DNA from: Gemmatimonadales bacterium
GTDB taxonomy: Bacteria > Gemmatimonadota > Gemmatimonadetes > Gemmatimonadales > GWC2-71-9
Assembly: GCA_041615815.1 (NCBI GenBank)
Contig: JBFJCP010000026.1
Location: forward strand, 8,567-72,566
Length of the DNA stretch: 64,000 nucleotides
Direction of reading: 5' to 3'
Both the position numbers and the translations under genes were made by a program. The notes under the pieces were generated by a model. It worked only from the letters and a program-made list of their open reading frames with translations. It did not search any database and had not been told where the DNA came from. Positions 20,114 to 28,267 of this stretch are shown in pieces (within the stretch, counting starts at the first letter, position 1; each line of letters opens with the position of its first letter).

Positions 20114-20511
20114 ACGACTTGAACCGCGCCCTCGGCCGGTTTCTCGAGGACCTACGATCGGGCAGCGATCGACGGTCGTGGGGAGATCGTCGCTCCGGCG
20201 ATCGACGCGAGATCACCTCGCCGGTGGCCCAAGAGCGTCGGCGCGCTTACGATCGGCGCACGGCCGATCGTCGCAGAAGCGAGCGGCGCAGCACCAGGTT
20301 CTTCGCGTTCACCGAGCGGGAACGGCTCGAGATCCACTCCATGTTTGCCGATCCCCGAGCGCTAGTCGCCTGTCCGCGTTGTGGTGGGCGCTTGCTCCTC
20401 GCCAGTCCCCGGGCCGGGGTGGGTGCTGATGTAATCTGCACGAGTTGTCGCGGACGGCTCCAGCTCATCTCGGGACGGCGGGGGGATCCCCCCGGTGAGG
20501 ACGGTCCGTGA
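20110..20511 (+). CDS. Hypothetical protein with DRR/ERR repeats and a CxxC...CxxC zinc ribbon
   Basis: ATGA overlap with the upstream stop; SDRRSWGDRRSGDRR...ERRRAYDRRTADRRRSERR; CPRC and CTSC. Confidence 0.65.
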   Translation: MNDLNRALGRFLEDLRSGSDRRSWGDRRSGDRREITSPVAQERRRAYDRRTADRRRSERRSTRFFAFTERERLEIHSMFADPRALVACPRCGGRLLLASPRAGVGADVICTSCRGRLQLISGRRGDPPGEDGP

Positions 20512-20542
20512 CCCGGCGCTTCACGATCGACCGCGGGAGCAC

Positions 20543-21652
20543 ATGATGGCGGAGGCACGATGGCACGATCTCGGTGCGGTTCAAGCATTGAAGCGAGTTT
20601 CTCTCCAACAACTTCGCGTCGGGCGTACCGCCATTGCGCTGTCCTTCCAAAACGGCGAGTTCGCCGCGATCTCGGGTACGTGCAACCACTCCGGTGGGCC
20701 CCTCGGTGACGGCCGGCTCGACGGCGAGTACGTGGTGTGTCCGTGGCACAACTGGAAGTTTCATCGGCGCACAGGAGAAGGTGAACCGGGATTCGAGGAC
20801 GACAGGGTACCACGATACGAATTGCGCGAACGTGGCGGACGGCTAGAGATCAATCTCTCCGCAGCCACGAAGCGGCATCGAAAGCCGCATGATCCGCACC
20901 CCCTCGAGCGGGTCGTAGACCGGGGCAATGGTCCGCTCCGCGTCGTCGGCATTTCCACCACGGTGATGGATGAGAAGAACCCGCGCTACTCGACATCCGA
21001 AGAGCTCTTGCGGACCGCCGTCAGTCATGCCGCCGCTCGAGGTGCGAAAACCCGCTGGATTGGGCTGAACGACCTGCAGTTTCGCGCATGCGAAGGGTAT
21101 TACTCCAAGAGCGCGCATGCGTGCACATGGCCTTGCTCGATCACGCAGATGGATCCGCAGGATCAGATGGACCGGGTGTACGAGGCGATTGTCCACTGGG
21201 GCGACGTTCTGATCATCGCCAGCCCGATCCGGTGGGGAAGCGCGAGCTCACTGTACTTCAAGATGACCGAGCGCCTGAACTGCGTGCAGAATCAGATCAC
21301 GATTCGCAACCGCGTGCTCATGCGGAACAAGACGGCCGCGTTCATCATCACCGGCGGTCAGGACAACGTACAGGCCGTGGCGGGGCAGATGCTGACGTTC
21401 TTCGCGGAGCTGGGTTGTGTGTTCCCCCAGTTTCCCTTCATCGCGCACAGCCGCGGGTGGGAGGCGGAGGACATGGAGCGCAACGTGTGGTATGTGCGGG
21501 AGAGTAGCGAGTTGCACGACGGCGCCCGCGAACTGGTGGAGCGTGCCATGGCGATGGCCCACGTGCTGCGCGAACGACCGGTATGCGGGGAGCAGGTGCG
21601 TCGTGCCGGCCGGAAAGCGGCGGGCGAGACGGCGCTGGCGGCCCGTCCATGA
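20543..21652 (+). CDS. Rieske [2Fe-2S] domain fused to an NADPH-dependent FMN reductase/iron-sulfur-flavoprotein-like domain
   Basis: CNH...CPWH Rieske ligands; flavodoxin-like IIASPIRWG and AAFIITGG; CEGYYSKSAHACTWPC cysteine cluster. Confidence 0.88.
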   Translation: MMAEARWHDLGAVQALKRVSLQQLRVGRTAIALSFQNGEFAAISGTCNHSGGPLGDGRLDGEYVVCPWHNWKFHRRTGEGEPGFEDDRVPRYELRERGGRLEINLSAATKRHRKPHDPHPLERVVDRGNGPLRVVGISTTVMDEKNPRYSTSEELLRTAVSHAAARGAKTRWIGLNDLQFRACEGYYSKSAHACTWPCSITQMDPQDQMDRVYEAIVHWGDVLIIASPIRWGSASSLYFKMTERLNCVQNQITIRNRVLMRNKTAAFIITGGQDNVQAVAGQMLTFFAELGCVFPQFPFIAHSRGWEAEDMERNVWYVRESSELHDGARELVERAMAMAHVLRERPVCGEQVRRAGRKAAGETALAARP

Positions 21653-21717
21653 CCAAGACGCTGAAGGCCATCGGCGGGTCCTCGATCGCTCGAATCGAAA
21701 CACAGGAGAACAGCCCG

Positions 21718-22530
21718 ATGTGGCAACGTGTGGTCCTCGTTCTGGTCGTCTTCCTCTCGAGCTGTTCGCCGGCTGAGCGCGCCACGGAGGGGGCCGTCAC
21801 ATCGTCCATTCCGGATGCCATCCTGGGCCAGGCACCACCGCCCCAGGGTCAGACCGTCACCTATCAAGCAGGGGACTCGCTGGTGCGGGGCTATCTCGCG
21901 GTCCCCGAAGGTGAGGGACCGTTCCCAGCGTTGATCCTGATCCATGAGTGGAATGGGCTGGTGGATCGAGTCCGACAGATGGCGGATGCGTTCGCGAGGG
22001 AGGGCTATGTGACGTTGGCGGCGGACCTGTACCGGAGCCGCACAGGGAGCAACCGAGACGAGAACATGGCGCTGGTCCGGGAAACTCGGGGCAACATGGC
22101 CGCCGTCATTGCCAACCTCGATGCCGCGCAACGGTTTCTCCGGGACCGTGCCGACGTGACTGGGAGGGTGGGCGTGATGGGCTGGTGCTTTGGCGGTGGG
22201 ATTGCCCTCAGCTATGCGCTGGGCGGGGAGCGCCACGATGCCACCGCCATCTTCTATGGTTCACTCGTGGATGATCCGGCCGAGCTTGCCAAGCTGGATC
22301 ACCCGGTGTACGGAACGTTCGCCGAGATGGATCAAGGGATTCCACCGGATCAGGTGCGACGCTTTGCCGCCACGCTCGACTCCCTCGGTATCCAGAACGA
22401 CATCCATATCTACGACGCCGTGAACCACGGGTTCTGGCTGCGTGTAGAGGAAGACAGGGAGCTTCGGGAAGCCCCGGCGCAAGACGCGTGGACACGGCTG
22501 AAACAGTTCTTGGGCCGCGTACTCGGGTAA
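21718..22530 (+). CDS. Dienelactone hydrolase family lipoprotein
   Basis: LIHEWNGL, GWCFGG nucleophile elbow, HGF; FLSSC lipobox; CAGGAG RBS. Confidence 0.9.
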   Translation: MWQRVVLVLVVFLSSCSPAERATEGAVTSSIPDAILGQAPPPQGQTVTYQAGDSLVRGYLAVPEGEGPFPALILIHEWNGLVDRVRQMADAFAREGYVTLAADLYRSRTGSNRDENMALVRETRGNMAAVIANLDAAQRFLRDRADVTGRVGVMGWCFGGGIALSYALGGERHDATAIFYGSLVDDPAELAKLDHPVYGTFAEMDQGIPPDQVRRFAATLDSLGIQNDIHIYDAVNHGFWLRVEEDRELREAPAQDAWTRLKQFLGRVLG

Positions 22531-22630
22531 CATACGAGGCAGACGGTCGGGCCGTCGTGGACGTGAGGTGGTGTTACCGCTATATACAAGAAGGCTCCCC
22601 ACCGTTCCCCCATGCCAGAGGAGCACCTGC

Positions 22631-23227
22631 ATGCGACTAGCATTTTCCAGCCTTCTCCTGAGTGCCGGCCTGATGATGCTGGCCCTCCAGCCGGCCGCCG
22701 CACAGACGATGGGCACGCCGCTCGACGTGGGAGTGATGGCACCCGACTTCGCCATTCCGGGCGGCACACGATACGGAGTACTGCGGGACCCGGTTCGGCT
22801 GAGTGACTTCCGTGGAAAGACGGTCGTGCTGGCGTTCTTCTACCGAGCGCGAACGCGTGGCTGAACGATTCAAATGAGAGCGTACCGTGATCAGTACGCA
22901 CAGCTGTTCCGCGGCGGCCGCGAGATCGTGCTCATCGCCATTAGCACGGATTCGGTGGCCGCACTGGCGTCATGGGCGGAGGACGAGGATTTTCCATTCC
23001 TCTTTGGCAGTGATCTCAATGCGGCGGTGGGTCAGCAGTATGGCGCATTCATCGATCGGGGTGAGCGCGGGTTGATCGACAACCGATCGCTGTTCGTCGT
23101 GGACGCGGAGGGTCGGATTGCCCATGTCCAGGCACCGTTTCGTGAGATCGATCCGCAGGCGTACACCGAGCTGGGAGAAGCCCTGGCCCGTATCGCGCCG
23201 CCCATGGACACAGAACCCGCGAATTGA
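22631..23227 (+). CDS. Exported peroxiredoxin (BCP/AhpC-TSA family), predicted selenoprotein with Sec at TGA 22862-22864
   Basis: In-frame readthrough gives G..APDF...LSDFRGKTVVLAFFYRARTRG-U-TIQMRAYRD...IAISTDS...FPFLFGSD...RSLFVVDAEGRI. The TGA occupies the peroxidatic Cys site of TxxC. Signal peptide ends AAA-Q. Confidence 0.88.
22880..22899 (+). promoter_or_regulatory. Candidate bacterial SECIS hairpin
   Basis: GCGTAC-CGTGATCA-GTACGC perfect 6-bp stem starting 15 nt after the TGA; GU at loop positions 2-3. Confidence 0.55.
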
Positions 23228-23250
23228 CCGATAAGAGTACCGGATCAATG

Positions 23251-23286
23251 CAACAGGGCCCGCCGTGCTGGCGGGCCCTACTGTTG
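23251..23286. terminator. Hairpin between convergent genes, probable bidirectional terminator
   Basis: AGGGCCCGCC-GTGCT-GGCGGGCCCT 10-bp stem with CAACAG/CTGTTG flanking complementarity. Confidence 0.65.
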
Positions 23287-23303
23287 TCACCGCCACCCCG
23301 AGA

Positions 23304-23852
23304 TCATTCCGTGCCGGCGCTCGTTGCCGCTGCGAGCACGCGCTGGATTGCGGCATCGATGTTCTGATCGGGTCCGGCTCCCGTGTACACCACGCGTCCC
23401 GCGCTGTCGAGAATGACGACGTAGGACGTGATGGGGGCCAGGAACGCACGCGTGGCTTTTCCCTGGCCGTCCCACAACACGCGAAACGGGATGGGATGTT
23501 TCTCGAGGTGCCGCCGGATCCTGCGCGGCGTTTGGTTCACGCCGACGCTGACGGCGATGAACTCGACGTCGTCGCCGTAGCGGGCGTGGGCTTCCCGCAT
23601 TCGGGGAAGCAGTGCCTCACAATTCTCGCACCATAATGCCCAGAACTCGAGCAGGACGGGCTTCTGACCGATCCACTGCCTCAGATCCACCGGCTGCCCG
23701 TCGAGATCCTCGATGGTGACCGGCTCCGGCGCGGCCCCGCGTGGAATGCCGATCTCGTCTTGGGCATGTAGCGCCGCGGCGGACGAGAGGACCGTGATCA
23801 GCGCTACGACCAGGGATGTGAGGTTTCTCGCAAGCCGATGAAGCACTTCCAC
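23304..23852 (-). CDS. TlpA/ResA-like exported thiol-disulfide oxidoreductase
   Basis: C-terminal part of ORF 23304..24788: signal peptide, DLDGQPVDL, LLEFWALWCENC, ILDSAGRV; GTG 23852 with AGGAG upstream. Confidence 0.88.
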   Translation of the reverse strand: MEVLHRLARNLTSLVVALITVLSSAAALHAQDEIGIPRGAAPEPVTIEDLDGQPVDLRQWIGQKPVLLEFWALWCENCEALLPRMREAHARYGDDVEFIAVSVGVNQTPRRIRRHLEKHPIPFRVLWDGQGKATRAFLAPITSYVVILDSAGRVVYTGAGPDQNIDAAIQRVLAAATSAGTE

Positions 23853-23881
23853 GGTCTTCTGTCTCCTCTGCCTCTCTGTCG

Positions 23882-24610
23882 TCACAGCACCAGACCCATC
23901 TGAATGAAGTAGTACTCCGCTATCGCCAACATTACCACCCCAGCGGCTCGTTTGATCCACAACATCCACGGTCCGGATTTGGGTAGCGCGGTGAGGAGAC
24001 CCGAAAACAGACCGACCGCCACCAGCAACGCCATCATGCCCATCGAGAACACGAACAGGTAGATGAACCCCCACATCGCGCTCCCGGTGCTCCCGACCCA
24101 TGTGAGCACCGCCGCAAAGGCTGGGGCGCCACAGGGAGCGGCGACGACGCCCGAGGTGGCGCCCAAGAGAAACACGGCGGGGTAGGACCCACCACCCAAT
24201 CCCCCCGCCCACGCCATGAGACGTTGCGGTGCCGAGACGGGAATCACACCCAGCATCGCCAATCCGAAGATCAGCAGCAGATTCCCCATGGCAAACCGGG
24301 CCCACGGGCTGGCGGAGACCGTTCCGAATAGCGATCCCGTGAGACCAGCAAGGAGCCCGAGGGTTGCATAGAGCAGGGCCAAGCCCGAGACGTAGGTCAA
24401 CGTGAGCGCAACCGTCCGACCGCGGGCAGCGTCGGGCCCCGCGGTGCCTCCGAGGATGCCCGCGGTAATGGGAATCATCGGATACACGCACGGGGTTAGA
24501 CTCGTCACGAGCCCCGCGCCGAACAACGTCGCGAGGGCGGCCACCGGCCGATGATTGAGGGCCTCCGTGAGTCCCTGCGCGAGACTGAACGTCAAATCGA
24601 GTTCGGGCAT
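23882..24610 (-). CDS. ccdA: Cytochrome c biogenesis/DsbD transmembrane-domain protein CcdA
   Basis: SLTPCVYPMIP and APCGAP conserved Cys motifs; about six TM helices. Confidence 0.88.
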   Translation of the reverse strand: MPELDLTFSLAQGLTEALNHRPVAALATLFGAGLVTSLTPCVYPMIPITAGILGGTAGPDAARGRTVALTLTYVSGLALLYATLGLLAGLTGSLFGTVSASPWARFAMGNLLLIFGLAMLGVIPVSAPQRLMAWAGGLGGGSYPAVFLLGATSGVVAAPCGAPAFAAVLTWVGSTGSAMWGFIYLFVFSMGMMALLVAVGLFSGLLTALPKSGPWMLWIKRAAGVVMLAIAEYYFIQMGLVL

Positions 24611-24786
24611 GTCGGCATGTTGAGGACTTGTGGGGCGACGTCATGGCCTGAGCGAACGCCGTTCGGAAAGGTAACCCGAGGTCCGACCCGGTGGCTTCCC
24701 CCCGGCTCTTCTCAGGCGGATTCCGTGCCCCCTGGTCCCCGGGGCAGTCCGGGCCTATTGTTTGGCGTCCAAACCGAGCCGCGTCC

Positions 24787-25731
24787 ATGAATGCGAACGT
24801 CGACCGCTTGAGGTCCGTCCTCCCGGCCCGCTACGTCCTCGAACACGAGCTGGGTGCAGGGAGTTTCGCCATCGGCTATCAAGCGCAGGATCGAGCCGCA
24901 GACCGGAAAGTCGTTCTCAAGGTCCTTAGGCCGGAGATCGCCGCCACGATCGATCGGGATCGGTTCTTGGCGGAGATCCGGGCTGCCACGGAACTCCAGC
25001 ATCCCAACATCATTGCGGTGTATGACGCGGGCCAAGCGGGCGAGTTCCTCTACTTTGTACGGCCGTTCGTGGAAGGGGAATCGCTCAGGGACTGGCTGGA
25101 CCGCGAGACCCAGCTCTCGCTCGACGACGCCATGCGCGTCACGCGGGAGGTGGCCGACGCGATGGGCTTTGCCCACAGTCACGGCGTGCCACATGGCGAT
25201 CTTCGCCCGGAGAACATCTTACTCAGGGATGGCCATGCGGTGGTTGGTGACTTCGGTGTCGAGCGGGCCGTGTTCGCCGCCGCCGCCGATAATCTCGCTG
25301 GACTCGCCAACATCGTCGATACCAGTTCCTACATGAGTCCGGAGCAGTTCCGGGGTCCGCGCCAATTGGACGAACGGAGCGACGTGTTCTCGCTGGGATG
25401 TGTCTTGTATGAAATGTTGGCGGGGCAACCGCCGTCCCACGCCGCACCCGAAGGGGACGGCGCAGGAGGGACGGGAAGTCCGCCGCCCGTCACCGACTTC
25501 CGTCCCGGAGTGCCGCCGGAGGTGGTCTCAGCCCTGGATCGGGCGTTGGCTGGAGATCCCGAGCGCCGGTTCGGCACGGCCGGGCAATTCTGCGAGGATC
25601 TGCGCGTCGTGCGACTCTCGACGGGAAAGTTCGCGCTGCTCAAACCAACGCCGTGGTATTCCGGCAAGATGCTGGGGACGCTGCTCCTCGTCGTCTTCAT
25701 GGCGATCGTCGCGCTGATCATGTGGCTCTGA
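24787..25731 (+). CDS. Ser/Thr kinase-like protein with degenerate motifs and a C-terminal membrane anchor
   Basis: GAGSFAIG, VLKVL, HGDLRPEN, DFG, DTSSYMSPEQ; hydrophobic C-terminal tail. Confidence 0.85.
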   Translation: MNANVDRLRSVLPARYVLEHELGAGSFAIGYQAQDRAADRKVVLKVLRPEIAATIDRDRFLAEIRAATELQHPNIIAVYDAGQAGEFLYFVRPFVEGESLRDWLDRETQLSLDDAMRVTREVADAMGFAHSHGVPHGDLRPENILLRDGHAVVGDFGVERAVFAAAADNLAGLANIVDTSSYMSPEQFRGPRQLDERSDVFSLGCVLYEMLAGQPPSHAAPEGDGAGGTGSPPPVTDFRPGVPPEVVSALDRALAGDPERRFGTAGQFCEDLRVVRLSTGKFALLKPTPWYSGKMLGTLLLVVFMAIVALIMWL

Positions 25732-25733
25732 CC

Positions 25734-27335
25734 ATGCGCTGGTTCCTCGGCTTCACGACATTGGCCGTCGCCACGGTGGTAGGGTGCAGCAGGGAGAATG
25801 GTGACGATGGGGTACCCCTCTACGATCTCGTGATCGTGGGTGGCACGATCGTGGACGGTACGGGCGCCCCGGGATTCCGCGCCGATCTCGGGATCGAGGG
25901 TGATCGGGTCGTTCGTGTGGCTCGGGAGGGGATTGCAGCCAATCATGGTGCTTCGGTGCTGCGGGCCGAGGGCCTGATCGTTTCGCCCGGCTTCATAGAC
26001 AATCACGCCCACATCCAAACGACCATCCACGAGCATCCGTTCGCCGAGAATTTCTTGCGGCAGGGGATAACGACGATCCTCGCCTCGCTCCACAGCGGCG
26101 ACCAACCGTGGCCGCTGCGCGCATACATTCGGTCGCTCGACATCGCGCCCAACGTGGGATTCTTTGCCGGTCATACATGGACTCGAAAGCAGATTCTTGG
26201 TCTCGAGAATCGAGATCCGACGGCAGCGGAGCTCGACGAGATGCGCACCCTCGTGGACGAAACGATGCGCCAGGGTGCGCTCGGTTTCTCGACGGGGTTG
26301 CTCTACGTACCGGCCAACTACGCAAAGACCGAGGAAATCATCGAGCTTGCGAAGGTGGCTGCACAGCATGGTGGGATCTATGTATCCCACATGCGAAACG
26401 AGGGCCCGGGGCTGATCGAGTCAGTGGCCGAGGTCATCAGGGTCGCTCGTGAGGCTGGGATTCCTGCGCAGATCAACCACCACAAGGCCGTGGGCGTGAG
26501 TCAGTGGGGTTGGTCGGCGCGGACGCTTGCCATGATCGACTCTGCCAATGCCGCAGGACTCGACATCCGGCACGATCTCTATCCGTACACCGCCTCCAGC
26601 ACGGGCTCCAGCATTCTGTTCCCGCAATGGGCCTTGGCCGGAGGGCAGGATTCGCTCGCGGCGCGGCTCGCGGATGCTGCCGTGCGAGCGCGCATCGAAA
26701 CCGAGATGCGGAGGATCATGCAAGAAGAACGGGCGGGGGAAGATCTCGCTCGCATCCAGTTCCGCGTGGTGCCATCGGACCGGCGATATGATGGGAAGAA
26801 CCTGGGTGACCTGGCGCGTGATCGGGGGCTGGCCAACACCGTGGAGACGGGAATCCAGCTCGTGATCGAACTCCAGCTCAAGGGTGGCTTCAGCGCCATC
26901 TATCACAGCATGGATGAAGGCGATGTAATCCGGATCATGCAGCATCCGCTGGCGATGATCGAGACCGATGGTGACCCCGTGGGCTACGGCATGGGGTTTC
27001 CCCATCCACGGAGCTACGGCGCTTTCCCTCGCGTCCTCGCACGCTACGTCCGGGAGCTGGGGGTCATCACCCTGGAGGAGGCCGTGAAGAAAATGACCTC
27101 CATGCCAGCTGACCAGGTCGGACAGCGGGAGCGAGGCCGAGTTCACGAGGGGGCGTTCGCCGACCTCGTCGTGTTCGATCCCGTTAGCATTCGGGACCGC
27201 GCGACGTACACCGATCCCCACCAGTACGCCGTGGGTATCCACCATATGGTGATCAACGGTGAACCGGTGATTCGCGAAGGTGCCTTCACCGGAGCGACCC
27301 CAGGGCGCGTCCTCACCGGCCCCGCGCGACCGTAA
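25734..27335 (+). CDS. N-acyl-D-amino-acid deacylase family amidohydrolase, lipoprotein
   Basis: PGFIDNHAH, SHMRNEG, YPYTASST, HPRSYGAFPRVL; VVGC lipobox. Confidence 0.9.
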   Translation: MRWFLGFTTLAVATVVGCSRENGDDGVPLYDLVIVGGTIVDGTGAPGFRADLGIEGDRVVRVAREGIAANHGASVLRAEGLIVSPGFIDNHAHIQTTIHEHPFAENFLRQGITTILASLHSGDQPWPLRAYIRSLDIAPNVGFFAGHTWTRKQILGLENRDPTAAELDEMRTLVDETMRQGALGFSTGLLYVPANYAKTEEIIELAKVAAQHGGIYVSHMRNEGPGLIESVAEVIRVAREAGIPAQINHHKAVGVSQWGWSARTLAMIDSANAAGLDIRHDLYPYTASSTGSSILFPQWALAGGQDSLAARLADAAVRARIETEMRRIMQEERAGEDLARIQFRVVPSDRRYDGKNLGDLARDRGLANTVETGIQLVIELQLKGGFSAIYHSMDEGDVIRIMQHPLAMIETDGDPVGYGMGFPHPRSYGAFPRVLARYVRELGVITLEEAVKKMTSMPADQVGQRERGRVHEGAFADLVVFDPVSIRDRATYTDPHQYAVGIHHMVINGEPVIREGAFTGATPGRVLTGPARP

Positions 27336-27478
27336 GCGGCGACTGGGCAATCCGGCGACCGACGGCACCGACAACGGGTGCAACAGACACTCCAGGTCGG
27401 CGGTCTTGGTCACACCAGAAGGATCCGGCGCGAGTGGTTCCTCGGGGTCGTGAACGGATCGCTACGTTGAGCTCCGTC

Positions 27479-28267
27479 TCACGGCATGAACCCCGTGACG
27501 GCAGTGAGACGCTGCCGGAAACGGCGGCTCAGACGCACGCGCGAGCCGTCCGTGAGGCGCATGCTGAAGTCACCATGCCCCGTCGGCTCCAGGTCCACGA
27601 TCCGGTCCACGTTGACGATCGTGGATCGGCTCACCCGGACAAACTGATTTGAAGCGAGTTGGCGGTCGAGCTCGGTGATGGTCGAGCGCAGCCGATACGT
27701 TTTTCCCGCAGCGAGGATTTTGACGTAGTTACAGTCCGCCTCGACGCGATCGATTTGTTCGACCCGCACCATCACGCTTCGCTCACCGGCGCTCACCAAC
27801 AGCCTGTCCGTGCGCGGCGTCTCGTGAGTGCGGAGATCACGAAGCACCGCCTGGAGTCGAGCGAGATCCTCGTTGGTACGCTGGCGCCGCGCGGCATCCT
27901 TTGCTTTTGTCAGTGCACGGGCGAACCGATCGGCGTCGAACGGTTTGAGGAGGTAGTCCACCGCACTCACGTCGAATGCCCTGATCGCATACTGGTCATA
28001 GGCGGTCACGAAGATGACGTGCGGGATCGCCTCCGCCGGGAGCGCGTCCAGCACGCGGAAGCCATCCCATTGCGGCATCTGGATGTCGAGCAAGACAATG
28101 TCCGGCGCCTCGTCCTGGATCACCTCCACGGCGCGACGGCCTTCGGAGACTTCGTAGATGACCCCGATGTCGGGATCGCTCTCGAGAAATCGTCGGACTT
28201 TCTGACGGGCCGGACGCTCATCGTCGACGATGAGGACCCGCAGGGTGTCATCGCGAGTGCGAGACAT
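27479..28267 (-). CDS. LytTR family response regulator
   Basis: IVDDE, LLDIQMP, FVTAYDQYA, DYLLKP; LytTR FVRVSRSTIVN and LSRRF. Confidence 0.94.
   Translation of the reverse strand: MSRTRDDTLRVLIVDDERPARQKVRRFLESDPDIGVIYEVSEGRRAVEVIQDEAPDIVLLDIQMPQWDGFRVLDALPAEAIPHVIFVTAYDQYAIRAFDVSAVDYLLKPFDADRFARALTKAKDAARRQRTNEDLARLQAVLRDLRTHETPRTDRLLVSAGERSVMVRVEQIDRVEADCNYVKILAAGKTYRLRSTITELDRQLASNQFVRVSRSTIVNVDRIVDLEPTGHGDFSMRLTDGSRVRLSRRFRQRLTAVTGFMP

Noticed and set aside
23853..24788. 494-aa ORF appearing to fuse a long N-terminus to the TlpA domain
   Set aside because: The upstream part is an off-frame overlay of ccdA. The real gene starts at about 23852 with its own RBS and signal peptide.
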